Virus record (IMG/VR): IMGVR_UViG_2695420859_000012
Direction: 5' to 3' (one strand)
Length of the DNA: 64,000 bases
From: a virus
Taxonomy: Duplodnaviria; Heunggongvirae; Uroviricota; Caudoviricetes
In this document: positions 18,422-27,556 of the stretch, one piece after another
Position numbering within the stretch: the stretch's first letter is position 1
How the letters are laid out: every line of letters starts with the position of its first letter
Notes under the pieces: model-generated
What the model was told of the DNA's origin: nothing
The model's input: only the letters and a program-made list of their open reading frames with translations
Databases searched by the model: none
Position numbers and translations under genes: made by a program

Positions 18422-19330
18422 ATGATTGGTAAGTTGTCTGATTCTTTGATTGAAAATAAATACAACGAATTTAGAGAAGAAATATCTTTACTTTTTGACT
18501 ATTTAAATCAGATAAATGATACAACAAAGAAAAATATAAAACGTCTTCTTAAAGAAGTGGAGTATGCACAAAATCCAGATACTATTATTAATATTAATGA
18601 AACTATTAAGATTAAGTGTGGCACAACGTTAGCTCGCCATTTATGTTCAAACCCATATACAGGTTCAACATTAGAGATAGGTAACAGCGCCATTGATTTA
18701 GAAGAAAAGATAAGATTGTGTAATACTTTGAAAAATAAACAATATCAGTGGGTTATTACTGAAGCCTATGAGTTACTGGAAGACTATATTGAGGCAATAT
18801 ATGTCTATACTGTATGTGTTCGAAATGATTTATGGTCCTCAAGTGATTTTGGTAAGGTTGAAGATGATGAAATTGGGAAAAGGGAAGTTTATTACAGATT
18901 ATTAAAAGCAAAAAGTAACCCATCGAAAAAAATAACTAAAATTTTCAGAAATAAAATACCTGGCTTCAAAGAGATAGAAACAAACAACAAGATTGGCAAA
19001 AACTATCGCTTTAACATCAAGCTAATTGAACTACTAAGACATACAATAGTACACAATAGTGGACGATTCAATGATACAGAAAAATTTATAAATAAGGTTT
19101 TAGATGAATCTGAAATAAACGGTAAGAAAAGAGTTATTGGAGAAAGAGCTGTTAGAAGTTACATTACTAAAGTGCAAGAAGATGATATTGTGATGCTCTT
19201 AGAAAGACCATCTGAAATTTTAGGTTCTTTTGGTGGGTATTTTAACAGAGCAAAATTTTTACTAAGTGATATTTTAGAATACTCACTAATCATTAAAGAA
19301 GAACTAAAATCATATCTAGGCAATCATTAA
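18422..19330 (+). CDS. AT-rich cargo protein with HEPN-like Rx4H motif; candidate abortive-infection/defence protein
   Basis: 302 aa; LLRHTIVHNSG (R206-x4-H211); Lys/Asn/Ile-rich; AGAGG RBS; own terminator. Confidence 0.45.
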   Translation: MIGKLSDSLIENKYNEFREEISLLFDYLNQINDTTKKNIKRLLKEVEYAQNPDTIININETIKIKCGTTLARHLCSNPYTGSTLEIGNSAIDLEEKIRLCNTLKNKQYQWVITEAYELLEDYIEAIYVYTVCVRNDLWSSSDFGKVEDDEIGKREVYYRLLKAKSNPSKKITKIFRNKIPGFKEIETNNKIGKNYRFNIKLIELLRHTIVHNSGRFNDTEKFINKVLDESEINGKKRVIGERAVRSYITKVQEDDIVMLLERPSEILGSFGGYFNRAKFLLSDILEYSLIIKEELKSYLGNH

Positions 19331-19331
19331 C

Positions 19332-19362
19332 AAAAAAGGGGCCGAAGCCCCTTTGGATTTTG
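19332..19362 (+). terminator. Rho-independent terminator
   Basis: aaaaggggc-cgaa-gcccctttt then ggatttt. Confidence 0.7.
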
Positions 19363-19427
19363 CGCTTAAAAAAGTGTTGCTAGGATGTTAGCAAGCTATG
19401 GTTAAGAACGTCTGCCGTAATTGTCTA

Positions 19428-19505
19428 TCACAGCGTTGAGCGGTCTGGTTTATGTTAGCGGAGTCTTAATCGAGTTGATTAAAAGGCCAAACCGCTCAAC
19501 GCTGT
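19428..19505. repeat. Long stem-loop (15-bp inverted repeat cacagcgttgagcgg / ccgctcaacgctgtg) abutting tRNA-Ser 3' end
   Basis: Perfect 15-bp arms, about 48-nt loop. Confidence 0.6.
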
Positions 19506-19507
19506 GT

Positions 19508-19594
19508 CTGGCGGAGAGTAATGGAATCGAACCATCATCGCTTGCGCAATGGGACGGTTTTCAAGACCGCTTGAGCACCATGCTCCCTACTCTC
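19508..19594 (-). tRNA. tRNA-Ser (anticodon UGA), type II, CCA encoded
   Basis: Own cloverleaf: acceptor GGAGAGU/ACUCUCC, anticodon loop CUUGAAA, long variable arm, T-loop GGTTCGATTCC. Confidence 0.7.
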
Positions 19595-19694
19595 CAGCTA
19601 TTGTGATGGTCGGTGCTGAACTCCGACACAGGGTTGTAGCAAGCCCCGCAAAGCGCGCACTACTGTAGTTGCGGCACATCAGCCTGTGCATTCA

Positions 19695-19773
19695 TCACAA
19701 CGGTAAGATCACTACCTTTCGACCAGTCATTGTGCACATGAACGACGATTAACCGTAATGATCTTATCGTTGT
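19695..19773. repeat. Stem-loop of the CACAACGGTAAGA family
   Basis: cacaacggtaagatcac pairs with atgatcttatcgttgtg. Confidence 0.55.
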
Positions 19774-19824
19774 GTTGTGAAGCCAGATGCTTATCTTCTG
19801 GTTGCTTCAAAGAGCTGCACTTCC

Positions 19825-19913
19825 TCACAACGGTAAGAGCACTGGTCTGACTCTATCGATTTACGGCCTTGTGGGTCAGTATCGCCGATTCGCCCAATGC
19901 TCTTACCTGTTGT
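19825..19913. repeat. Stem-loop of the CACAACGGTAAGA family abutting tRNA-Thr 3' end
   Basis: cacaacggtaagagca pairs with tgctcttacctgttgtg. Confidence 0.55.
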
Positions 19914-19914
19914 G

Positions 19915-19990
19915 TTGGTGCCGGTTAACGGACTTGAACCGCTGGCCATTCGCTTACAAAGCGACTGCTCTACCAACTGAGCTAAACCGG
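19915..19990 (-). tRNA. tRNA-Thr (anticodon UGU), CCA encoded
   Basis: Own cloverleaf: acceptor GCCGGUU/AACCGGC, anticodon loop UUUGUAA, T-loop GGTTCAAGTCC; 76 nt. Confidence 0.65.
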
Positions 19991-19994
19991 CAAT

Positions 19995-20081
19995 TTGGTG
20001 GGGAGTGATGGAGTCGAACCACCCGAGTCGCCATGACAGTAGATTTACAGTCTACACCGCTACCTCTACGGACTAACTCCC
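19995..20081 (-). tRNA. tRNA-Tyr (anticodon GUA), type II, CCA encoded
   Basis: Acceptor GGGGAGU/ACUCCCC, anticodon stem GUAGA/UCUAC with loop CUGUAAA, long variable arm. Confidence 0.7.
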
Positions 20082-20086
20082 CTAAA

Positions 20087-20161
20087 TTGGCGATGGTGGG
20101 TGGATTCGAACCACCGACCAGTTGGTTAACAGCCAACTGCTCTACCGCTGAGCTACACCAT
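20087..20161 (-). tRNA. tRNA-Asn (anticodon GUU), CCA encoded
   Basis: Acceptor GAUGGUG/CACCAUC, anticodon stem GUUGG/CCAAC with loop CUGUUAA, T-loop GGTTCGAATCC. Confidence 0.75.
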
Positions 20162-20430
20162 CAATTCAGCACTGCCAGTATTTATTACTCAACAGTGCCA
20201 ATCGCGACGGTTTAGTTTCTGCCAGGAAACGCACCGCTACTTGCACTTTTCGTTAGTGCCAGACGCTTTCGACTTCGCTCAATAGTAGAAGGCAAAATCT
20301 TTAAGTAGATGATGTTTCTGAGGACAGCACCTACTTTGTAATTTATACAATGTGATGTATGGAATCATTTGTTGTGAAAACAGGCACCAATGGCAACAGT
20401 GGTTAAACCTACACAACAATCCCGTCTTCA

Positions 20431-20550
20431 CAACGTTGAGGCCACTACTCCGATTGAATGTTTGCCCAACATGTTACATATCAACGCTCGCCGGTATCTC
20501 TGTGAATAGAACCTTAGAATTGATAAAAATGTAATGGCCTCAACGTTGTG
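20431..20550. repeat. Long stem-loop (cacaacgttgaggcc / ggcctcaacgttgtg)
   Basis: Perfect 15-bp inverted repeat, about 90-nt loop; shares CACAACG start with the other tRNA-region stem-loops. Confidence 0.55.
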
Positions 20551-20711
20551 TGCTGGCTAACCATACCAGCCGGGCTACGTCGCCGCTTTTTAACCCAGTA
20601 TAAACGACATAATTGAACAAAATGACGTAACAGGATGGGCGGTCAGTGGCTAAGAATCCGGGAGTCATATGGAGTTGAAAATATACCAACCGCCCATTCT
20701 GTTACTTCATC

Positions 20712-20735
20712 GGAGGGAACATGAATGTTCCCTCC
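20712..20735. repeat. Perfect palindrome ggagggaacat-ga-atgttccctcc
   Basis: 11-bp arms, 2-bp spacer, no T-run. Confidence 0.6.
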
Positions 20736-20940
20736 TGCGTTCTGCAATCACACTCGCTCAGTGTGTCCCATTTCGGTAACGAGGCTGGAAACTGACCTCG
20801 CTGGTGTTTGGCTTATTAGGCTACTGCCAGATAGACTTCTTCGTTTGCACTTGTATTTAAGTTCAAACAGTCGCGTCTCAACGAAAACAAAGTCATCTTA
20901 TACATAAAAGATAGGTAAGTAAATACTTATCGAAATGTTT

Positions 20941-21231
20941 TTATTCGGTTGTGACTTTTTTGATCAAGGCCACTCTACGATCAGGTGTTCTTGTGATGGT
21001 GGCAGTGAATCGTTTCGCTTGGATAGTAATGGTTTCGTTCTCATTAAGTTGCCCGTAGCGAGTTTCCACAAGGGTACCAAGACGCCACAGGCCATCATCA
21101 ATACGTTTATGGCTAGCAAATTTAATCAGCAGCAGTTTTACGACTAACTGCCCTACGTAAAAAGCGAATGCGACTCCGGCTGCCATAAAATAGGTTGCCA
21201 ACCACCATTCCCAAGAAGTTAAATTGCTCAT
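20941..21231 (-). CDS. Small membrane protein
   Basis: 96 aa with N-terminal hydrophobic segment. Confidence 0.4.
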   Translation of the reverse strand: MSNLTSWEWWLATYFMAAGVAFAFYVGQLVVKLLLIKFASHKRIDDGLWRLGTLVETRYGQLNENETITIQAKRFTATITRTPDRRVALIKKVTTE

Positions 21232-21376
21232 TTTCTCACCTTTGTTTCATGAACTACCCGATACACACGCTTTCCGATGCACAGTGTTTTGGTTTTAAGT
21301 TCCTGCTTAATTAAGTCACGACAGATGCCGAAGCCGATAAGGAAGCCACCCATAAAAGCTAATGAGATGTATGGAA
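21224..21376 (-). CDS. Very small membrane protein (not in ORF track)
   Basis: Own translation: MIPYISLAFMGGFLIGFGICRDLIKQELKTKTLCIGKRVYRVVHETKVRK; start coincides with one copy of the GTATGGAATCATT motif. Confidence 0.3.
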
Positions 21377-21592
21377 TCATTTTAACACTCCTGATTCTAC
21401 TAATTGCTGTAGCAATACTTTCCCTTTATCAGTTAACTGGTAGTTGGCCGAACACTTCGTTTCAGAAACGTTTGCAACCAACCCTAAACGCTCTAACTTA
21501 GCTCGCGTTTTAGGCTTCCAGTACTCAGGGAACTCCGGCCACTTACTGATTTCATGAAGCGTTTCCTTCTCCCGTTTACTTAATACGATCAT
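21377..21592 (-). CDS. Small hypothetical protein
   Basis: 71-aa ORF. Confidence 0.4.
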   Translation of the reverse strand: MIVLSKREKETLHEISKWPEFPEYWKPKTRAKLERLGLVANVSETKCSANYQLTDKGKVLLQQLVESGVLK

Positions 21593-21751
21593 CCTTAATC
21601 TCCTTCACGGTGTTGGTTATTTCTACAATGCGATAAATGCGACCGCGTCTTTCTATAACACCGTTTTTAATGTAGTCATTAATGCAACTGGACATCACCA
21701 CAATACCGATGAAAAAACCAACTGCTAAAAATGCAATCATCCAGCCGAGCA

Positions 21752-23074
21752 TCATTCTTTATCTCCGATTCGATCTTCTGTATCGCGTAAGCAACGCGGC
21801 CATTTCAGTCGTGGGTGGCGTAAGCTGCCATCAGGTGTTTTCTCGTGACAATGAACCTCGACAATACGACCACGGTACTTCTCTTTGTTGTTCCAGATCT
21901 CGTCCAGATATTTATGCTTAATGCCGCTCGCACGAACGATGACGCCGTTTTCAAGACGAATAACAATTTTTCCAAGCGTGTTGGCAAAACCAGAGTCCGG
22001 GTCGCCCGGCTCAAAATCGATAATTTCACCATCTTCTGAATCTTCGTCTTTTAACTTCCACCAGCTGCGGGTACGTTTAAATTCGTAAACAGAGTTCGGA
22101 TCTTTGCCCATCTCCCCTTCTTCGTTATCGTCCAGGCGTTTCATGAAGCGTTCGATGAAGTCTTCGTGGCTATGGATGATGTAGAACGGATGCAGGTGAA
22201 TGTCTTGTGCGTAGCCTTCACTGCGATCGTTTTTGAACAACGCCACGAGCATAGCCAGGCGCTCTTTCAGCTTCATACCTGTCTTTGCATACTCTTTGGA
22301 TTTAGCCTGTGCTCGCCATTCCGGTAGGAAGAAGTCGAAAACATGATAAATAGCGCCAATTGCCTGCACGTTCTTTTTGCGCAATGCAGATACGGACTGG
22401 TTAAATGAACCGGCTGTGCCTTCACCATCGAAGAAGATGTGTTTGTGGCCTGAAAGTTTGCCTAATTCGAGCATGGCTGGCTTTAGGTGATCGAGAGACG
22501 TGATTGGATTACCAGTACGAGAAAGGAAGTTAACCTCTTCTTCGTCAACAATAACCTCGCAAATTACTCGCAAACCATCGAGCTTAAGGCTGCCAATCAT
22601 CGGCCATTTTGCTTTAGGGTTTGGCTTGAAGGGGTATTTGTCGCCTTTTTCTTTATACGGTGACGCCAGCTGCACCTCGAATTTCGGAATGGGATTTTCA
22701 AAAACCTTGTTACATAGGCTAATCCCAACGCCAGCTTTCGGATCTTTTAAGAGGAAACGACGGAAGACGTCCTGCCCATCGGCGCACATTGACGCCACGA
22801 TAGACTCAACAGCAACTATTGCTGCGTTCCCCGTCAGCTCGCGAGAGGCCAGCTTATTCAGTATATCAATGGCTTTTTCGTCACTTGGGACGGACTCACT
22901 AAGCGGCTCTGCCACTTTGTATTTTTTTACCCCAAAACGGATGAAAGGGTTGAGCATCAATGAAACCATGCTTTGCTCGAAGTCATCCATGTTGGCCAAT
23001 GCCTCTTTTTTTGCATTGGTTCCCATAGCTTTCATTTCGTCCAGCTTATGCTTAAGTGCGATCAACTTTTTCAT
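21752..23074 (-). CDS. ATP-dependent DNA ligase
   Basis: Adenylation motif KLDGLR; downstream FFDGEG and WWKLK motifs. Confidence 0.85.
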   Translation of the reverse strand: MKKLIALKHKLDEMKAMGTNAKKEALANMDDFEQSMVSLMLNPFIRFGVKKYKVAEPLSESVPSDEKAIDILNKLASRELTGNAAIVAVESIVASMCADGQDVFRRFLLKDPKAGVGISLCNKVFENPIPKFEVQLASPYKEKGDKYPFKPNPKAKWPMIGSLKLDGLRVICEVIVDEEEVNFLSRTGNPITSLDHLKPAMLELGKLSGHKHIFFDGEGTAGSFNQSVSALRKKNVQAIGAIYHVFDFFLPEWRAQAKSKEYAKTGMKLKERLAMLVALFKNDRSEGYAQDIHLHPFYIIHSHEDFIERFMKRLDDNEEGEMGKDPNSVYEFKRTRSWWKLKDEDSEDGEIIDFEPGDPDSGFANTLGKIVIRLENGVIVRASGIKHKYLDEIWNNKEKYRGRIVEVHCHEKTPDGSLRHPRLKWPRCLRDTEDRIGDKE

Positions 23075-23541
23075 TGTTGTTTTACCTCCATATGTTGATC
23101 GATTTGCTCATGTGTTTCTTTTGTTGTTTCTTCAAGCAACGCCGCATACACGTCAGTGATCGCTGTTTGTGATGTGGTGCTCTTCTTAACCATGCTATTA
23201 ATCGTTACACTGTCACGTTTTCGTTTTATAGTTCTGGCTTGTTTATTCCGTTCTTCAACCTCCTTAATGAGCGCGGTCATATCTTCGAAATACAGAGATT
23301 CTCCTTTACGAATCTCTTCAACCATCATTTTTAACGCCTTGCATTTGCCTGCTTTAATAGCGGTTGCGCACGACTGGAAAGAAGTTCGAGGAAGACGGTT
23401 TTCTTTGAAGGCAAGAATGGTGTGCTGGCAAACGGAATAGCTGCAATATGTCGACTCACCGTTTATCTTTACTTCCTCACAACGAAGTGAATAACCGTTA
23501 TTTCCTGAAATAGAAGGGATTTTTGACAAATCAGCTTTCAC
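23071..23541 (-). CDS. Hypothetical Cys-containing protein
   Basis: 156 aa, apparent GTG start, weak RBS. Confidence 0.35.
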   Translation of the reverse strand: MKADLSKIPSISGNNGYSLRCEEVKINGESTYCSYSVCQHTILAFKENRLPRTSFQSCATAIKAGKCKALKMMVEEIRKGESLYFEDMTALIKEVEERNKQARTIKRKRDSVTINSMVKKSTTSQTAITDVYAALLEETTKETHEQIDQHMEVKQQ

Positions 23542-23607
23542 AATTACCGCCAGAAATAATCTTGTGCTTACCTATCATTATTTGCGTAAAAACGACACAC
23601 AGAGAGC

Positions 23608-24384
23608 TTACCAACTTCCCCAGCTAATCATCTTGCGCTGATCGCTTTCTAAGCGATAAGGGGCAAGAAGCTCTGTGACATGATTGGTGGCGTATGATTT
23701 AGCCTCTTGCTTAATCATCGGTAATTCGTTAGCAATCCTGACCATCTTCCCAGCAAATTCCGCCATTACGCCATCACAAGCCTTCCCCGCATCAACAACG
23801 ATATGCACAAGATCCAACTGGCTTTTGCACATATCCCAAAGAGACGCGTATTCACTCTCTCTGATTACATTTACGGCACTATTAGCCCCTTTATTAATCA
23901 AAACTTCCAACAGATTTTTCGGGGTAACGAAATCTGCTTTCAGAGATAATGTCTTTTCACCACTTATCGAACGCAAGTACTCTTCGTAGTTATTCTTCAT
24001 CAAACCGCTGCTGCGCATTGCTAGAACTGCTTCTTGAATGGCCGCTTCAATAGTTTCGTCGTTTGAAAGACAAAAAACGGTATTTGTGTAGATCACTCTG
24101 CCATCAAGCCATGCTCCAACCTGCACTTTAAGACTGAGCGGGTTTTCTTTGCTAATAAAAACAACTAATGCAGAACGCCGTGCACAAGAAGGTTCGCCCC
24201 ATACGTGTAACTCAACCTTCAGATAAGGCAACCCTGGTAGCGGGATCTCGTCCATACGAGCAGCGATATGATTCATTGCTGTATTGACGGCCTTTCCAAT
24301 GATGTCTAGTCGACTGCCCTCGCTGATTTCTAAACCTGTTTTATCAATGATGTCACAGGCCAATTTCTGAATTTCGTCTTTCAT
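23608..24384 (-). CDS. Hypothetical protein
   Basis: 258 aa; TAAGTA-N6-TACTTA dyad about 43 bp upstream. Confidence 0.4.
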   Translation of the reverse strand: MKDEIQKLACDIIDKTGLEISEGSRLDIIGKAVNTAMNHIAARMDEIPLPGLPYLKVELHVWGEPSCARRSALVVFISKENPLSLKVQVGAWLDGRVIYTNTVFCLSNDETIEAAIQEAVLAMRSSGLMKNNYEEYLRSISGEKTLSLKADFVTPKNLLEVLINKGANSAVNVIRESEYASLWDMCKSQLDLVHIVVDAGKACDGVMAEFAGKMVRIANELPMIKQEAKSYATNHVTELLAPYRLESDQRKMISWGSW

Positions 24385-24509
24385 ACCAACTCCTAGCTAA
24401 CAGATGAAAGTATTCTTACAAAAAACTAAGTATGTATCTACTTATCATTTTAGGCGCAATAGTTCCCTATACGAAGATGCCGGGCTTATAGTCTGCCCGG
24501 CATTCACCA

Positions 24510-24923
24510 TTAATGAGCTACAGCCTCACTGTTGCACATCTTTCTGTAGACCTGCTTATAACGCTGTAAGTCATGAGGATCATTAGGTGCCAACGACTTC
24601 GATAGGATTTTGTATACCACCCCTTTCGAAAACATGCCCTTTGGCTTCATTTCGAGTTCAACAACATATGAGTGATAGCCCACGTATGCACCAAAGCCAT
24701 TTTTGGCGTTCAATTCTCCGCACACAAAGCCTGTCACACTCCCATCGTCATGATCAGTCCTGACAAACTTATCTTTCCTAAACATCACCGACGTGGGATC
24801 TTTCATATCATCCGCAATTGCTTGTTGGCCCAGAGCAATAGCCTTCTCGTCTGTAGGCTTACACCCCACTAAAGCAAACAAAGACAATAAAGCTCCTGTT
24901 AAAATCAGCTTATTTTTGCTCAT
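24510..24923 (-). CDS. Lipoprotein, function unknown
   Basis: 137 aa; lipobox LVGC. Confidence 0.5.
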   Translation of the reverse strand: MSKNKLILTGALLSLFALVGCKPTDEKAIALGQQAIADDMKDPTSVMFRKDKFVRTDHDDGSVTGFVCGELNAKNGFGAYVGYHSYVVELEMKPKGMFSKGVVYKILSKSLAPNDPHDLQRYKQVYRKMCNSEAVAH

Positions 24924-25156
24924 GTTGGCTTCCCTTTATTTATATTTATCGCAGGTATTAGTTAATCAAAACACGAGCAGTGCCACAATAATTAAATGGC
25001 GTACTATTTCTTATGGTTATTAGTTTCCTAGTAACTTTACCGACCATAAACTAAATCAACAAAGCTGACATATTAACTAAATTTAAGTACCATTTTTCGC
25101 ACACTTGACACTTGCCGCGTCTAAACTGTTCATCCTATATCAACAGAACAAAAAAT

Positions 25157-26302
25157 ATGAAATACATAAAATCTTCATCGTTGCTGGCATTAACTTTGCT
25201 TTTTAGCTCTGGATTCGTTAACGCAGACAATAAACAAACGCTGATAGAAGCCGCTACCGCAGGGGATACCGCAGCACAAAGTGAGTTAGGGACAAATTAT
25301 TTTGATGGTATCAATGGTTTTGATAAGGATGTAGTTGAGGCCAAGAAGTGGATTGATCTCGCTGCAGAAAAGGGAGACAAAGTAGCATATTATGCACTTG
25401 GGGTTATGTACACATTTGGCGAGGGTGTAGATAAAGACTTAAATAAAGCAGTTGAGTACTACAAACTTGCGGGAGATGCTCGTGAAGGTAGAGCCTATAA
25501 CAATCTTGGTGCTATTTATCAAAAGGGGATGCTTGGTAAAGTAGATCATGCGCTCGCCATTAAATACTTCAAACTAGCCTCTGATGCCGGGTATGTTAAA
25601 GCTAGCTACCTTCTTGGTGCGTATTACCAATATGGTAAAGGTGTACAAAAGAGTTATAAAAAAGCTTTTACTTATTACAAAAAAGCGGCGGATCAAGGTA
25701 GTTCAGATGGCATGTTCGCATTAGGCACCTTATACGATGACGGTTTAGGTGTTAAACGCAACGATGCCGAAGCAATTAAGTGGTATAAAAAAGCTGCTGA
25801 ACTCGGAAACGCCGATGCCATGACAAATCTTGGCATTATGTATGAGTATGGTGAAGGGGTTAAAAAAGACTATAAAAAAGCAGCTGAGCTTTATCAGGCT
25901 GCTTGTGATAAAGAAGATAAAAATGGCTGTGATTACATTGCAGAACTGAAAGAAAGCGGCAAATATCGAGCGCCGGCTTCCAAAGCCAAAACAAAATCCG
26001 CCACCCAGCGACTTATTGCTAAATCCATTGATAAGGGCGTTAACGCTACATTTACCTGGCAGGGTGATGATGCTACCTTCACCGCTAATGATGGCAAAGT
26101 TGACTGCACCTTCCTGAAGGATTTTTCAGAGAAAGGAGGCAATCTGGCTACCTCGTTTGTTTGCACCGATAACGTTCAAATCATACTGAAGCAATTCAGA
26201 GATACCAAGAATGCCTACCTCGCGGTAATGACTGACAACTTCAACACAGAAGTTAAATCATTTTCGGTCAATGTGTACGTGACTAATACTGGTTCAAACT
26301 AA
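25157..26302 (+). CDS. Secreted Sel1-like repeat protein with unknown C-terminal domain
   Basis: Start re-called at ATG 25157 (MKYIKSSSLLALTLLFSSGFVNA); tandem Sel1-type repeats (KWYKKAAELGNADAMTNLGIMYEYGEGV...); about 115-aa non-repeat C-terminus. Confidence 0.7.
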   Translation: MKYIKSSSLLALTLLFSSGFVNADNKQTLIEAATAGDTAAQSELGTNYFDGINGFDKDVVEAKKWIDLAAEKGDKVAYYALGVMYTFGEGVDKDLNKAVEYYKLAGDAREGRAYNNLGAIYQKGMLGKVDHALAIKYFKLASDAGYVKASYLLGAYYQYGKGVQKSYKKAFTYYKKAADQGSSDGMFALGTLYDDGLGVKRNDAEAIKWYKKAAELGNADAMTNLGIMYEYGEGVKKDYKKAAELYQAACDKEDKNGCDYIAELKESGKYRAPASKAKTKSATQRLIAKSIDKGVNATFTWQGDDATFTANDGKVDCTFLKDFSEKGGNLATSFVCTDNVQIILKQFRDTKNAYLAVMTDNFNTEVKSFSVNVYVTNTGSN

Positions 26303-27547
26303 TGCTGCTATGCCTTTTACCTTGCTTAAAAGTTCAAGCTGTCGTGAGTAAGGTTTTGCGCAATAGTAGGCTTTGATAATCTGCCCCGGGGTCGCATCGC
26401 CGGGGTCGAGTCCTTCCTCGCCCAAACATGCAATTTTCACATTAAGACCGATACTGGTCAGTCGCCTGGCTGCGGCCATAGTGTTTCGTATAGCTTGCTT
26501 TTCACTATCCCACATCATGATCACATTACGTAATCCACGCGCCTTGAGCGTCAGGAACGCGCCCAACTGATCTTCTGCATCCTGAGTGGTGTTACCAGAT
26601 AGATGCATCCCGAACGTTCCTATTGGTTCCACGTAATCGCGTAATGTTTCTTCGTCAAAAATAGCTCGTTTGACCCCCATAACATCGAACGCCCCCTCAC
26701 AGACAACTACAGTCTGTTTGCCGACTGCATTGTGGCCGTTGTAGAGAAACTTACCTGAAGCTGGAAGCTGCATAGGAAAGAGGTAGCGGCGTTCTGCTGT
26801 ACCGGTAATGTCTCGTCCTTGAAATGTCTTCATTACCCCATCCAGATCGTAAACCGGTATCAGTATTCGCATATCGAAAATCTGTCCTTTAACCTGATCT
26901 GTATACGGATCTACATAAGCGTGCTTGCCTTCGACGCAGTATCGTAGGTCAAAATACTTTGCCATTTCAGGCGATATATTTCGTTCAACCAGATAGTCTG
27001 GAAGATGGCCATCTATAGGAAGATCGTAATGACGAGGGAGTGCAACTGGTCCCTCTAACTCGACTGTGCTTGCAAGCACTATCTCTTCTTTCTTTGGTGC
27101 CCACCCCTGGGAAAGAAGAGCGTTCTGCACATATTCCTCGAACTGTCGTCGTGATTTACCGCTGTAGTGCTTGAGGAAGACCAGCTTATTGAACTGAATC
27201 TCTTCGGGATGATCACCAGCGAAGCATTTACCGACGCCACTGGTCAGATTGAAATATACCTTCCAGTTGGAGCTGCCGCATACCGGACACTCCTTGATAT
27301 TCACTTCACGACCGCGAGTACTCACGCCTCCACGTCGATAAACGATACCTTCAGTATCCAACCATTGTTCAAAATCTAATTCGGTAATTAGCTCTTTCAG
27401 CTCGCTCACGATAATTCCACTTTTAACAGGCAATATTGTGACCAACCTAAATGTTGATATAACATAAAGGCTCATGTGTTTTTCTTTTGTGGTTTGGCAA
27501 AAGAAAAGTTGTTTCACCAATGAATCAAGCGTGGAGGTGTTCTCCAC
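26294..27547 (-). CDS. DNA primase (zinc finger + TOPRIM)
   Basis: CPVCGSSNWK...CFAGDHPE; TOPRIM-like VVVCEGAFDVMGV with downstream acidic residues; follows helicase gene. Confidence 0.7.
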   Translation of the reverse strand: MENTSTLDSLVKQLFFCQTTKEKHMSLYVISTFRLVTILPVKSGIIVSELKELITELDFEQWLDTEGIVYRRGGVSTRGREVNIKECPVCGSSNWKVYFNLTSGVGKCFAGDHPEEIQFNKLVFLKHYSGKSRRQFEEYVQNALLSQGWAPKKEEIVLASTVELEGPVALPRHYDLPIDGHLPDYLVERNISPEMAKYFDLRYCVEGKHAYVDPYTDQVKGQIFDMRILIPVYDLDGVMKTFQGRDITGTAERRYLFPMQLPASGKFLYNGHNAVGKQTVVVCEGAFDVMGVKRAIFDEETLRDYVEPIGTFGMHLSGNTTQDAEDQLGAFLTLKARGLRNVIMMWDSEKQAIRNTMAAARRLTSIGLNVKIACLGEEGLDPGDATPGQIIKAYYCAKPYSRQLELLSKVKGIAALV

Positions 27548-27556
27548 GCTTATTTT

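Noticed and set aside
19428-20550. Possible CRISPR array suggested by repeated CACAACG... sequences
   Set aside because: The repeats are inverted-repeat arms of hairpins, not regularly spaced direct repeats with unique spacers, and no cas genes are present.
20352-20907. Plus-strand ORFs 20352..20534 and 20725..20907 in the tRNA-adjacent region
   Set aside because: They overlap hairpin/palindrome structures, lack convincing RBS context and show no protein-like composition; more likely non-coding structured DNA/RNA.
25112-25156. Upstream alternative start of the Sel1 protein ORF
   Set aside because: The 25112 start is a non-ATG codon preceding a non-hydrophobic stretch; the ATG at 25157 begins a canonical signal peptide.
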